A DNA stretch of 64,000 bases from Octopus sinensis (lineage: Eukaryota), in NCBI RefSeq assembly GCF_006345805.1, contig NC_043019.1, forward strand, positions 11,779,360 to 11,843,359, written 5' to 3'. A program made the position numbers and the translations under genes. How positions within the stretch are numbered: the first letter of the stretch is position 1; each line of letters opens with the position of its first letter. A model generated the notes under the pieces. The model did not search any database. It had not been told where the DNA came from and saw only the letters and a list, made by a program, of their open reading frames with translations. This document shows positions 12,073-22,683 of this stretch, in pieces.

Positions 12073-14112
12073 TCAGACTGCTGTCCCAAACTCATCAACA
12101 GAGCCAGGCTTTGGCAGAGAAAACTTTCTCCTGTCACTCGTAGTGCTGGAATAGCTGTGCAATCGTGGCGGTTTCTTGGGAGGGATTGGCTCAGACCCTA
12201 CGCTGCCAACCGACGCGCATCTGTTGTGGTCTTCATATTTTCCTGGGTAAGGCATCGTGGAAAATGGCCAGTCACAAGGTCCCATTGGCATTGAGGAAGT
12301 GTTGCTGTGATATGGTGGATGATGGTTATGGAATGAATGTGTGTAGTAAGGAGGCAAAGAAGGGACAGAGCGAGGATAGTTTTCGACATATCTCGGATGC
12401 GGAGAAGGGTATGGGGTGAGAAACACCTCACCGTTAATTTCCCATTCATTTGGATAAGAAATATAACCTGAAGTTTCCAGAAGTGGACAAGCTAGATCTG
12501 ATGGGTTGGAAGAACAGTCGTTCCGAGATGAACCTGTCCAAAATACTCCGGTGTTATCGGAATCTAACGTTGTCATGAGGGTGCTTGGAGAATAGGCCTC
12601 GACCTCCTGCAGGTCAGTGTAAGCTTGTTTATTATTTGCAATAATATCAGAAAGTTGTGTTTCTCGTTGAGGCTGCAGGACGGGTTTCACCGCATCATAC
12701 AAGGGTTCAGTTTCTTCGTTTCTCCCTTGTTCACTCGTGGGGCTCTTGTTATTCTCAGAATCGGGCTTGTAGTTTCTACTGGATTCAAAATGGTTTTTGA
12801 TCTTCAGTTTTATTTCTTCCTGCTTCTGTTCTTGGAGTCTGGTGAAGCGTTTCCAGTAGTAGAACACGAGAACTATTATGATACAGAGCGATATCAAACC
12901 ACCTGTGACACACACACTGATAACGGCCGAATGCACCGAACTGGGTTGTTCGACAGCTTCGGAAGACGTCAGTGCTTTCTTTTTGTACTGACTGAAACCT
13001 TCAATGACCAGTGTGTAAACAACCGAACTATTGGAGACAGAGTTTTGGGCAACACATTTATAGGAACCCATATCACCAAAATCAAAGTTACTGACTTGAA
13101 GAACACTCATGCCATTGATACCAACAGAGTGGGTTATGGTATAATATTCAAAATCATCGATTAGTTTGTTGTTAAACCACCAGGATATTCTAGCGGGTGG
13201 GTTCGATTGTACCCTGCAGATCAGTGAAATGTTGTCGTTATTTTTCACAATCATTTTGGTGCTGCTGGAATCCATCACAAGAGGACAAGCAAACAATTCC
13301 CAAGGAATCGACAGGAACTTCTTACTTTGGAGAGACAGGGGTATTTTACAGTGCATTCCAGTTGATGCCGAAGTCCAATTTTTAATTAGGAAATATTCTG
13401 ATAACCAACGGAGGTGACAGTCGCAGTACCAGGAGTTTTGGGACAAGGTAATTGTTTGTAAGCTTTCGTTACAGCTCTGAAATAAGTTATGGGGTAAAGT
13501 TTGTAGGGAATTCTGATGAAGTTCTAAATTGTACAAATTCTTTAAACCTATGAAAGACATTCCATCAATGGATTTGATGTAATTTCCTGACAGTTTCAGC
13601 TCAATTAAGCTTTCAAGTGCCTGGAAATCAGCCTTTGTTATGTAATCGATTCGGTTGTTTTCTAGAGACAAATTCTGAAGAAAGCTCTGCCCACGTAAAG
13701 CGTTAACTGGAACATTTCTGAGTAGATTTCCAGAAAGTTCTAGAACTTCCAGTTTTAGGCGAAAGAAAGATTTGGCGTGAATGAATTTAATGGAATTATT
13801 TACAAGTGAGAGGACTTTCAGGTTTTCATAGACCGTGAAATAGTAGCTTTCTTTGGTGAGGGCGATACGATTGTGATCCAAATATAGACTACGTATGCTT
13901 TTTAACAAGTTATAGGGAACATGAGTCAAGTTTAATTTACAACAGTTGGCCTGGTACTGATTCTCCTCGCCAAGAACTTGACAAGAATTCTCCAGACTCA
14001 ACCCGAGCGTATTTAACAGCATTATGCCAGTAAGTAGTATCAACATACTTCGAGTCGTTAACAACCAAGGAACACATTCTTCAGGTGATCTTTGAAGCTT
14101 CTGACAAGACAT
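12073..14112 (-). CDS. LRR- and Ig-domain single-pass membrane protein (LIG family, Kekkon/LRRC24-like architecture), about 679 aa
   Basis: Uninterrupted ORF: hydrophobic leader (MLILLTGIMLLNTLGLS), Cys-rich LRRNT, about 7 LRRs (LxxLxLxxN), LRRCT (WYCDCHLRWL..C..P), I-set Ig (LICRVQSNPPARISW..DMGSYKCVAQN), TM (AVISVCVTGGLISLCIIIVLVFYYW-KR), ~260-aa tail ending DEFGTAV*. First in-frame ATG is 14112, second 14046; the track start at 14181 is GTG. Confidence 0.93.
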   Translation of the reverse strand: MSCQKLQRSPEECVPWLLTTRSMLILLTGIMLLNTLGLSLENSCQVLGEENQYQANCCKLNLTHVPYNLLKSIRSLYLDHNRIALTKESYYFTVYENLKVLSLVNNSIKFIHAKSFFRLKLEVLELSGNLLRNVPVNALRGQSFLQNLSLENNRIDYITKADFQALESLIELKLSGNYIKSIDGMSFIGLKNLYNLELHQNSLQTLPHNLFQSCNESLQTITLSQNSWYCDCHLRWLSEYFLIKNWTSASTGMHCKIPLSLQSKKFLSIPWELFACPLVMDSSSTKMIVKNNDNISLICRVQSNPPARISWWFNNKLIDDFEYYTITHSVGINGMSVLQVSNFDFGDMGSYKCVAQNSVSNSSVVYTLVIEGFSQYKKKALTSSEAVEQPSSVHSAVISVCVTGGLISLCIIIVLVFYYWKRFTRLQEQKQEEIKLKIKNHFESSRNYKPDSENNKSPTSEQGRNEETEPLYDAVKPVLQPQRETQLSDIIANNKQAYTDLQEVEAYSPSTLMTTLDSDNTGVFWTGSSRNDCSSNPSDLACPLLETSGYISYPNEWEINGEVFLTPYPSPHPRYVENYPRSVPSLPPYYTHSFHNHHPPYHSNTSSMPMGPCDWPFSTMPYPGKYEDHNRCASVGSVGSEPIPPKKPPRLHSYSSTTSDRRKFSLPKPGSVDEFGTAV

Positions 14113-14244
14113 CTTTGGAATATTCTGGACTAAGACTCGGTAATGGACACAAAAACAGCAAATCCATGACACCAGGGTCACTGATGTTCAAGCAACGGCC
14201 CTAGCTCTCTGACGATTGGGTGGTGGCATGGTTACCTTCTCCAT
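14081..14244 (-). promoter_or_regulatory. Two upstream ORFs in the leader of the LRR-Ig exon
   Basis: uORF1 14244-14188 (18 aa, in frame, ends TGA); uORF2 14167-14081 (28 aa, out of frame, GTCATGG context, overlaps ATG 14112). Confidence 0.5.
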
Positions 14245-14252
14245 TTTTCAGA

Positions 14253-14280
14253 CTGAAAGAAATAAGAAAAAAGGAAAACA
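14253..14280 (-). promoter_or_regulatory. Probable 3' splice acceptor of the coding exon
   Basis: Minus strand TGTTTTCCTTTTTTCTTATTTCTTTCAG|TCTG; exon would begin at 14252, implying a non-coding upstream exon not identified. Confidence 0.65.
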
Positions 14281-14337
14281 GTTAGAAACACATAAAATCT
14301 ATTTTTTTGAAAATATAAACATTTTATATAGGTGCAT

Positions 14338-14628
14338 AATATATGGGAAACTACCACCTGTGTCATCTCTTGTGAAAGGTAAGAGAGTCCAGTTTGCTGG
14401 ACATTGTTGTAGAGCTGAAAAAGAGGTAATTTCTACTCTTCTCCTCTGGAAGCCATCTACTTGCAATGCCAGAGGGCGCACACTCTCCTACCCTGATGTA
14501 ATCTCCAGGGATACAGGCATCCAGCAACAGGACCTCCGTAATGCCATGATGGACCGTGAAGTCTGGCGTAGCATGGTAAATTCCATTGTCTCGACCACGG
14601 TCGAACAATGATGAATGATAATGATGAG
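14338..14628 (+). mobile_element. RTEX/RTE-like LINE 3' fragment
   Basis: IYGKLPPVSSLVKGKRVQFAGHCCRAEKE...DREVWRSMVNSIVSTTVEQ* with (TGA)n-like tail; near-identical copy at 28775-29125. Confidence 0.85.
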
Positions 14629-15208
14629 GTGTAGTTGTGTGGATATAGGGATGGGCATGGCTTTGTGATTAAGGGGTTCACTTTGCAACCACATGGTTTC
14701 AGGTTCAGTCCCACTGCATGGCATCTTGGGCAAATATCTTCTACTTTAGCCCCAAGCTAACCAGTGCCTTGTAAATGAATTTGGTACGTGGAAACTATGT
14801 GAAAGCCTGTTATGAATATATATGCGTGTGTGTGTGTAGATTCATTCCCCATCACTGCTTGACAACTGATGTTGGTTTGTTTATGTCCCTGCTACTTGGC
14901 AGTTTGGCAAAAGGGAATGACACAATAAATACCTGACTTGGGCAAGTGTCTTCTACTATAACCTTGGGCTGACCAAAACCTTGTGGGTGGATTTGGTAGA
15001 TGGAAACTGAAAGAAGCCCATCATGTATGTGTGTTTTTTTTGTGTCTGTGTTTGTCTCTCCCACCATTGCTTGACAACCAATGTTGGTGTGTTTACGTCC
15101 CTGCAACTTAGTGGCTTGACAAAAGAAACCGATAGAATAAGTACCAGGCTTACAAAGAATAACATTATTTACATTTGACAGATATTTGTCCTCATCTTGT
15201 TTGTTGTT

Positions 15209-15254
15209 AACACAACGTTTCAGCTGATATACCCTCCAGCCTTCATCGGGTGTC
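15209..15254 (-). ncRNA. Minimal type I hammerhead ribozyme motif (U4C variant)
   Basis: GACAC CCGATGA A GGCTG-gagggtatat-CAGCT GAAA CGTT^ GTGTT: helix I GACAC/GUGUU, helix II GGCUG/CAGCU, palindromic ACGU helix III. Confidence 0.7.
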
Positions 15255-15405
15255 TTGGGGAAATTTCAAACCTGGGTTCTCATTCCTATTTTTCGATGTT
15301 GTTGTTGTTATTATTATTATTCAGGTCACTGCCTGGAATCGAACTCGGAATCTTGGGGCTTAGTAAATAATGTACACAATTCCTCATCTCGTCTTGTTTG
15401 TTGTT

Positions 15406-15451
15406 AACACAACATTTCAGATGATATACCCTCCAGCCTTCATCAGGTGTC
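15406..15451 (-). ncRNA. Minimal type I hammerhead ribozyme motif (second unit)
   Basis: GACAC CTGATGA A GGCTG-gagggtatat-CATCT GAAA TGTT^ GTGTT: CUGAUGA and GAAA intact, with decay in helices II and III. Confidence 0.7.
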
Positions 15452-15483
15452 TTGGGGAAATTTCAAACCTGGGTTCTCATTCC

Positions 15484-15514
<31 letters not shown>

Positions 15515-15844
15515 TTTCAGGTCACTGCCTGGAATCGAACTCGGAATCTTGGAGCTTAGTAAATAATGTACACAATTCCTCATCTCGTAAATATAGAACT
15601 GTATTACAAACAATAAGTCCTGAGTTTGATTTGTTTGACTAAAGGTGGCACTCCAGCATGGCCACAATCAAATGACTGAAACAACAAAGAAAAAAAAAAA
15701 ATCATGTTGCACAAATCTTGCAGCTACAATATAATGATAAACTCAAAACTGTGAATAAACAAGTTTTACATTTGACAAACTAATCTTGAATCCTAAATGG
15801 TTAAAGTTTATTGTTACATTCCACTAGTTCCATTTATTGAACTC

Positions 15845-16257
15845 TTTACTCTTTTACTTGTTTCAGTCATTTGACTGCGGCCACGCTGGAGCACCGCCTT
15901 TAGTCGAGCAACTCGACCCCGGGACTTATTCTTTGTAAGCCCAGTACTTATTCTATCGGTCTCTTTTGCCGAAACCGCTAAGTGACGGGGACATAAACAC
16001 ACCAGCATCAGATGTCAAGCAATGCTAGGGGGACAAACACAGACACACAAACATATACACACACATACATATATATATATATATACATATATACGATGGG
16101 CTTCTTTCAGTTTCCGTCTACCAAATCCACTCACAAGGCTTTGGTCGGCCCGAGGCTATAGTAGAAGACACTTGCCCAAGGTGCCACGCAGTGGGACTGA
16201 ACCCGGAACCATGTGGTTGGTAAGCAAGCTACTTACCACACAGCCACTCCTGCACCT
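15845..16257 (-). mobile_element. SINE family A
   Basis: Full-length copy. Confidence 0.92.
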
Positions 16258-16403
16258 GAACTGTAGAATCAGGTTCAACAGAATTAATCAATCATATTGA
16301 AGCATTCTAATTATATCAATGTCTTTCGTTGATTTAAATTTATCGAAAAGCAAAGTGACCAATATTGAAAACTTAACCCTTTAGCATTCAGATTACTGTC
16401 AAA

Positions 16404-16960
16404 TCTGTGGCTGTGTGGTAAGTAGCTTGTCTACAAACCACATGGTTCCGGGTTCAGTCCCACTGCGTGGTACCTTGGGCAAGTGTCTTCTACTATAGCC
16501 TCGGGCCGACCAAAGCCTTGTGAGTGGATTTGGTAGACAGAAACTGAAAGAAGCCCATCGTATAAATATATATGGCGTTAGGAAGGGCATCCAGCTGTAG
16601 AAACATTGCCAGATCAGACTGGGCCTGGCACAGCCTACTGGCTTCCCAGACTCCAGTTGAACTGTCCAACCCATGCTAGCATGGAAAACGGATGTTAAAC
16701 GATGATGATGATATATATATATATGTATGTATATGTTTGTGTGTCTGTGTTTGTCCCCACCCAACATTGCTTGACAACCGATGCTGGTGTGTTTACGTCC
16801 CCGTCACTTAGCGGTTTGGCAAAAGGGACCCATAGAATAAGTACTGGGCTTACAGAGAATAAGTCCCGGGGTCGATTTGCTCGACTAAAGGCGGTGCTCC
16901 AGCATGGCCGCAGTCAAATGACTGAAACAAGTAAAAGAATAAAAGATAAAAAAAAAGAAA
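16404..16960 (+). mobile_element. SINE family A carrying an RTE 3' UTR fragment (16574-16710) in its internal microsatellite
   Basis: Both SINE halves flank GGCGTTAGGAAGGGCATCC...GTTAAACGATGATGATG. Confidence 0.88.
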
Positions 16961-17139
16961 ATGTGCTGTTGTCACCATCAACTTAAATCTAGTGCAAACT
17001 ATTTTAATGCTGGAAGACAAAAACTGAGACAACCAATGCAACCACGAAGGGAACATGGATATAGGGAAGTAGGCCACAATATGAATTTAGGATAGAAGCA
17101 GAGACAGGACAGGCATTATAATATACATAAATGTGTGTG

Positions 17140-17155
17140 TATTATTTTATATACG

Positions 17156-17191
<36 letters not shown>

Positions 17192-17286
17192 TACATACAT
17201 ATATATATACATACATATACATACATATATACATACATACATACATATACATACATACATACATATATATATATATACATACATAC

Positions 17287-17325
<39 letters not shown>

Positions 17326-17422
17326 CATATACATGCACATATATACATACATGCACATATATACATACATATATATACATACATACATGCACACATACAT
17401 ACAAAACACACACACACACACA
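17140..17422. repeat. (TA/CA/TACA)n compound microsatellite
   Basis: Direct reading. Confidence 0.95.
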
Positions 17423-18523
17423 TTATTTTAGACAGCAGAAACATCATGTTTACTACATCCTAGCATGTTTATTAGTTAGTTTCAGCCTCTCAGACGAAAC
17501 GATGCATAATTGGAACTGTGCGGAGGACTGCGAGGCCCACCACTCCTTCCATGCAGCTGTAAAAACACACATTCCAATAACGTATGGAAATAATTGAATT
17601 GTATAAACCAGCAGTAGAAGGGGGGGTTGAGGAAATTCAAGCAACTTGTGTGATTATTATACAACAGATTTATTCTTCTGAGCAAGAAATGTAGGTTGAA
17701 TGAAGGCTAAGTCGTGGCTGGTAGAATTGCTAGTTCTCTGGATAAAATGGTCAGTGGTTTTAGGTGCTGAGTTCAAATTTCACTGTGGTTGACTTTGCCT
17801 TTCATCCTTTAGGGGTCGATAAAATGAGTGTTGGTTGAGCATTGGAGTCACACACCCTCCCTAAAAACTGTTGGCCTTGTTTTGCAAATGAGGCATGCTC
17901 TGCTCTCTCACTCAATAATAATAATAATAATAATAATGGTCTCAAAATTTGACACAAGGCCTGCAATTTCAAGGAAGAGGCTAAGTCGATTACATCGATC
18001 CCAGTGCTCAACTGGTGTTTATTTTATTAATATTAAGCCAGCAAACTAGCAGAAAGGTGGGGAAATGCAATGTGAATGGATTAAATGAGATTGGAGATGA
18101 AGAAGAAAAAAGTTGAGAGAGAGAGAGTGGGGAAGAGTGATGTGGGACAGAAAGAAGAAATCCTCATCATTGTTTTAATGTCCCCTTTTCCATGCTTGCA
18201 GGAGTTGGATAGAATTTGTTGGGGTGAATTTTCTATGACTGGATGTCATTCCTGTTGCCAACACTCACCTATTTCCAAGCAAGGTAATATTTCCCCATGA
18301 CCAGACAAGTTTCCACAGAAGACTGGAAACAAAGGACTCTACTTTGCATGATGGAGATACACATTTATAATTATCACATAATGTCAATGGAAGGAGACAG
18401 TAACACACACACATACACACAAACATAATGGGCTTCTTTAAGTTTCCATCTACCAAATTCACTCAAAAGTCTTTGGTCAGTTTAGACCTACAGTAGAAGA
18501 CACTTGCCAAAAGTGTGATGCTT

Positions 18524-18762
18524 CTTATTTCTTTATTGCCCACAAGGGGCTAAACATAGAGGGGGACAAACAAAGACAGACAAAGAGATTAAGTTGATTA
18601 CATCGACCCCAGTGCGTAACTGATATTAGGAATTTATTGACCCCAAAAAGATGAAAGGCAAAGTTGGCCTCGGCGGAATTTGAACTCAGAATGTAAAAGA
18701 CAGATGAAACACCGCAAAGCATTTCGCCCGGCATGCTAACGATTCTGCCAGCTCGCTGCCTT
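18524..18762 (-). mobile_element. tRNA-derived SINE family B (Meta-like central domain)
   Basis: Homologous to 31146-31379; contains GTCGACTTTGCCTTTCATCC..GGGGTCGATAAA..AGTACCAG-type domain. Confidence 0.85.
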
Positions 18763-18950
18763 CATACCACACAAGTGTGATGCTTCTTACCGCACAGCCA
18801 AGCCTGTGCATAAGAAATACAAAGGGATAATTTGAAGGGACTGATGTAGACAATTGTAAAAGAAAATTCTTTTTACAAGTTTTAATCACTGAATTATGGC
18901 CTTGCTGGAGCAATGCCTTCATAGGATTTTAGTCTGGTATTTATTTACAA

Positions 18951-19342
18951 AGGCGTAGGAGTGGCTGTGTGGTAAGTAGCTTGCTTACCAACCACATGAT
19001 TCTGGGTTCAGTCCCACTGCGTGGCACCTTGGGCAAGTGTCTTCTACTATAGCTTCGGGCCAACCAAAGCCTTGTGAGTGGATTTGGTAGACAGAAACTG
19101 AAAGAAGCCTGTTGCATATATATATATGTATGTGTGTGTGTGTGTTTTTGTGTCTGTGTTTGTCCCCCCAACATCCCTTGACAACCGATGCTGGTGTGTT
19201 TACATCCCCATAACTTAGCATTTTGGCAAAAGAGACCGGTAGAATAAATACTAGGCTTACAAAGAGTAAGTCCTGGGGCTCGATTTGCTTGACTAAAGGT
19301 GGTGCTCCAGCATGGCCGCAGTCAAATGACTGAAACAAGAGT
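18951..19342 (+). mobile_element. SINE family A
   Basis: Full-length copy. Confidence 0.9.
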
Positions 19343-19499
19343 AAATGTGAGCATACACACACACACAATGTATACAATGGGGCTTCTTATAGTTTCCATC
19401 AAGCAAATTTGCCTCACTAATTGGAGAAGACATTTACCCAAATATGACAGATTGGAACTAAGCTCAAAGCAACAAGGTTGCAAAGTGAACTACTAAAAG

Positions 19500-19705
19500 A
19501 CAAAGATTTGAACAGATGGATAGAGGCATAAAACCTAGTTTAGTACAGCTCCAGAAAACAGTGTTATTAGGGAGAGCTAGGATACTTAGGAGGGTTCTTG
19601 GTATCTAAGGTCACTTGCTGTAGCCCAATGTTAGGAATTTTTTCTCTTCCAATAGTTTAATCTGTTAAGTGTATTTGAAATAATAATAATAATAATAATA
19701 ATAAT
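19500..19705 (+). mobile_element. R4/Dong-clade (RLE) non-LTR retrotransposon 3' end
   Basis: QLQKTVLLGRARILRRVLGI* (stop 19606-19608) followed by a short 3' UTR and (AAT)n. Confidence 0.75.
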
Positions 19706-19853
19706 AAAGGAAAAATGCAAAGAAAATTAATGAAGGAAAGTTATTAAAGAGAGAATTAGAATTTCTGCGACTACATCAGTCAGCATAAAATATAATTGAA
19801 AATCTAGGACAACTTTCTGCTACTTTATTGTAAACATACAGACACACATTTAA

Positions 19854-19884
<31 letters not shown>

Positions 19885-19986
19885 TAGATATGTATACACA
19901 CACACACACACACACACATACATACATATATTGCAGGATATTATAGTTTTATCTAATTTCCCTATCTATGGTGTAGACATACACAC

Positions 19987-20025
<39 letters not shown>

Positions 20026-20321
20026 TATATATACACATACACACATATACATACCTGTGTGCCTGTGTGTGAGTGGGTCTAAAAGACAGCCTACAATTTC
20101 ATCTCATTTCTCTATGTACAGCTCCTCCCATCACTTGCACCGCCACCCACCCACCTTACCTTACCCCCCTCCCCCTTTCACACCAGTCACATTTTCATGT
20201 ATAAACACCAGTTTCCTGTTGATTCCACTTAGCAACAAATTTCTGTTAATGACCAAAAGAGTGAAGTGGATTCAAGATGGACATTCTAACAAAAGGCAAA
20301 CAAATGAACAACCAAACAGAC

Positions 20322-20322
20322 A

Positions 20323-20362
<40 letters not shown>

Positions 20363-20505
20363 GTAATAATAATAGTAATAGCAGTAGTAGTAGTAGTAGT
20401 AGTAGTAATAATAATAATAAATAATAATAATAATAGTAATAGTAGTAGTAATAATGATAATTAATAATAATAATAATTATAATTAATGATAATAATTATA
20501 ATTAA

Positions 20506-20537
<32 letters not shown>
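20322..20537. repeat. (AAT)n/(AGT)n compound microsatellite
   Basis: Direct reading. Confidence 0.95.
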
Positions 20538-20909
20538 AAAGATAAAACTACACCAGCTACTGACTGAAATACAATTGAAAGTTTCAGACAGCCATGGTTT
20601 GTTGTTGTTGTTGCTGTTTTTAACTGGTTAGTTTGGTTGGTTTGTGTGGGGTGATGCTGTTTATTTTGTTTTCGTCTTCCTATATACACAAACACACACA
20701 TACTTAAGTTCATTTAGCAATCTTGTGATCCTGGGTTCAATTCTGCCATGTTACAACATGGGCCAAACTGCTTTCTACTATAGCCTCCGTGGGTCAACCA
20801 ATATTTAGTGAGCAAAATTCGGTGGAAAGAAATTGTAGAGAAACCCAATGTGTGTGTGTGTGTGTATGTGTGTGAGCACACATGTGTACCTGTATGTGTA
20901 CGTGCATGT

Positions 20910-21737
20910 ATTTGACATTGTCTGTGGCAGATCCAGCTGGTTTCTTTGAATGTCCCCTAATCCAGGATGAATGTTGGGTTTATCACTTTGAACCAGAGAC
21001 AAAAGACAATACACGCAGTTGTTTGTTGTTGTTTGTTCCTTCTCGAGCCACGCCTGGCTCATAAGGGCCAGTTTCCCCGGTTTCCTTGGCGTATAGGTTC
21101 CCCACCTGGACAGAACGCCGGTCCGTCGCAGGTGAGCTGCAAGATGCAGGAGGAAAGAGTGAGAGAAAGTTGTGGCGAAAGAGTCAGTAGAAGTTCACCA
21201 TTACCTTCTGCCGGAGTTGCGTGGAGCTTAGGTATTTCGCTCATAAACACACACGTTGCCCGGTCTGAGATTCGAACCCGCGATCCCTCGACTGCTAGTC
21301 CACTGCTCTAACCACTAGGCCATGTGCCTCCAATACACGCAGTGGTAACACCCCTCTTCTCCTGCTCCAAAGAAGGCCAAGGTTGTTTCATTTGCAGAGA
21401 AGGTGATGACCTTAGCTTTTTGGGATGCAAAAGGCATTGTGTTTATTGACTACCTTCAAAAGGGCCACATCATCAATGGAGAGTACTATTTCGACTTGTT
21501 GAGGCAGTTACGAAAAGCTATCGAGACCAAACATCTGGGGGGGGGGGGACTAATAAAAGGGGTCGTGTTTCATCAAGACTATGCTTCAGCACACAAGTCC
21601 TTGCTTTCAATGGCTGCTGTACATGACTGTAGCTTTGAACTGGTTGATTACCATCCCTATTCTCCTAATTTTGCCCCATCTGGCAATCATCTGTTCCCCA
21701 ACATGCAAAAACACTTGACTCGGAACCAGTATTGCAG

Positions 21738-21787
<50 letters not shown>

Positions 21788-21979
21788 CCATATCTGCTGT
21801 TGATGACTTTTTTGACCAACAAAACGAAAGTTTCCTCACCAATTTGTATCCAAACACTGCAACACTGATGGAAGGAGGCACTAATGGAAGGGGCACTAAT
21901 GTTAAAAAAGAAACCTTATTTGGTCACATTCCATGAGAGAATCTTGATCAGCCTATGAACTTTTCAGCCAACCCTCATA
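20910..21979 (+). pseudogene. Decayed mariner (DD34D) transposase remnant interrupted by a SINE C
   Basis: QDECWVYHFEPETK | ..KKAK..FWDAKGIVFIDYLQKG..HQDYASAH..YSPNFAPSG (34 residues to the mutated third Asp); TIR-like end CTTTTCAGCCAACCCTCA-TA; (GAT)16 expansion 21739-21786. Confidence 0.88.
21020..21332 (-). mobile_element. SINE family C (second subfamily)
   Basis: Head TGGCCTAGTGG...GGTTCGAATC, (AAC)n tail, 11-13-bp TSD (CA)ATACACGCAGT at 21007-21019 and 21331-21343. Confidence 0.9.
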
Positions 21980-22683
21980 TGTGAGTGTATGCATCTTTTA
22001 TCCTTTACTTGTTTCAGGCATTCAACTGTGGTCATGCTGGGGCACTACCTTGAAGAACTTTAGTCAACCCCAGTACGTTTGTCCTAAACATCCATTTCTT
22101 TTATTCTTTTATTTGTTTCAGCCATTTGACTGTAGCCATGCTGGAGCACCACCTTTTAGCCAAAACGAATCAACCCCCAGGACTTATTCTTTGTAAGCCC
22201 AGTACTTATTCTATCGGTCTCTTTTGCCAAACCGCTAAGTTACGGGGACGTAAACACACCAGCATTGGTTGTCAAGTGATGTTGGGGGTAGGAAATAGTC
22301 AATGATACTGACCCCAAGTTTTTACTGGTGGGACTTGATTTTACTGCCCCAAAAGGACACAAGGTTGAGTTAATTCCACCAAGGATTGAATTCTGAATGC
22401 CAAAGGACTAAGTACCACAAAAACATTTGACCCCTTATCATTCAAAACCAGCCATGTTTGGCCCAAATATTCTACATGTTTTATATTCAAACTAGCCATA
22501 TCAAACATCTCACACTTAACCTACACTGACATTCTGATAATAACCTATTAGATAATTGAAACCTCAAAAAGCTATAAGACAACCCATGATTAATTCAAAA
22601 CAATTACATTACATTTGACAGAGTAATCTGAATGCTAAAGGGTTGAATCAACGATATCCAGTCAAAATAGTCTATCTGGTTAA

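Larger units (their letters stand above)
15162..15603 (-). mobile_element. Penelope-like short element with B box and hammerhead, tandem 197-bp dimer, inserted in a SINE A
   Basis: Two ~197-bp units; B box GAGTTCGATTCC (minus, 15335-15346 and 15531-15542); 12-bp TSD TTACAAAGAATA/TTACAAACAATA (15150-15161, 15604-15615); SINE A tail resumes at 15604. Confidence 0.75.

Noticed and set aside
14113-14181. ORF-track start at 14181
   Set aside because: GTG codon from a prokaryote-style ORF caller; first ATG is 14112
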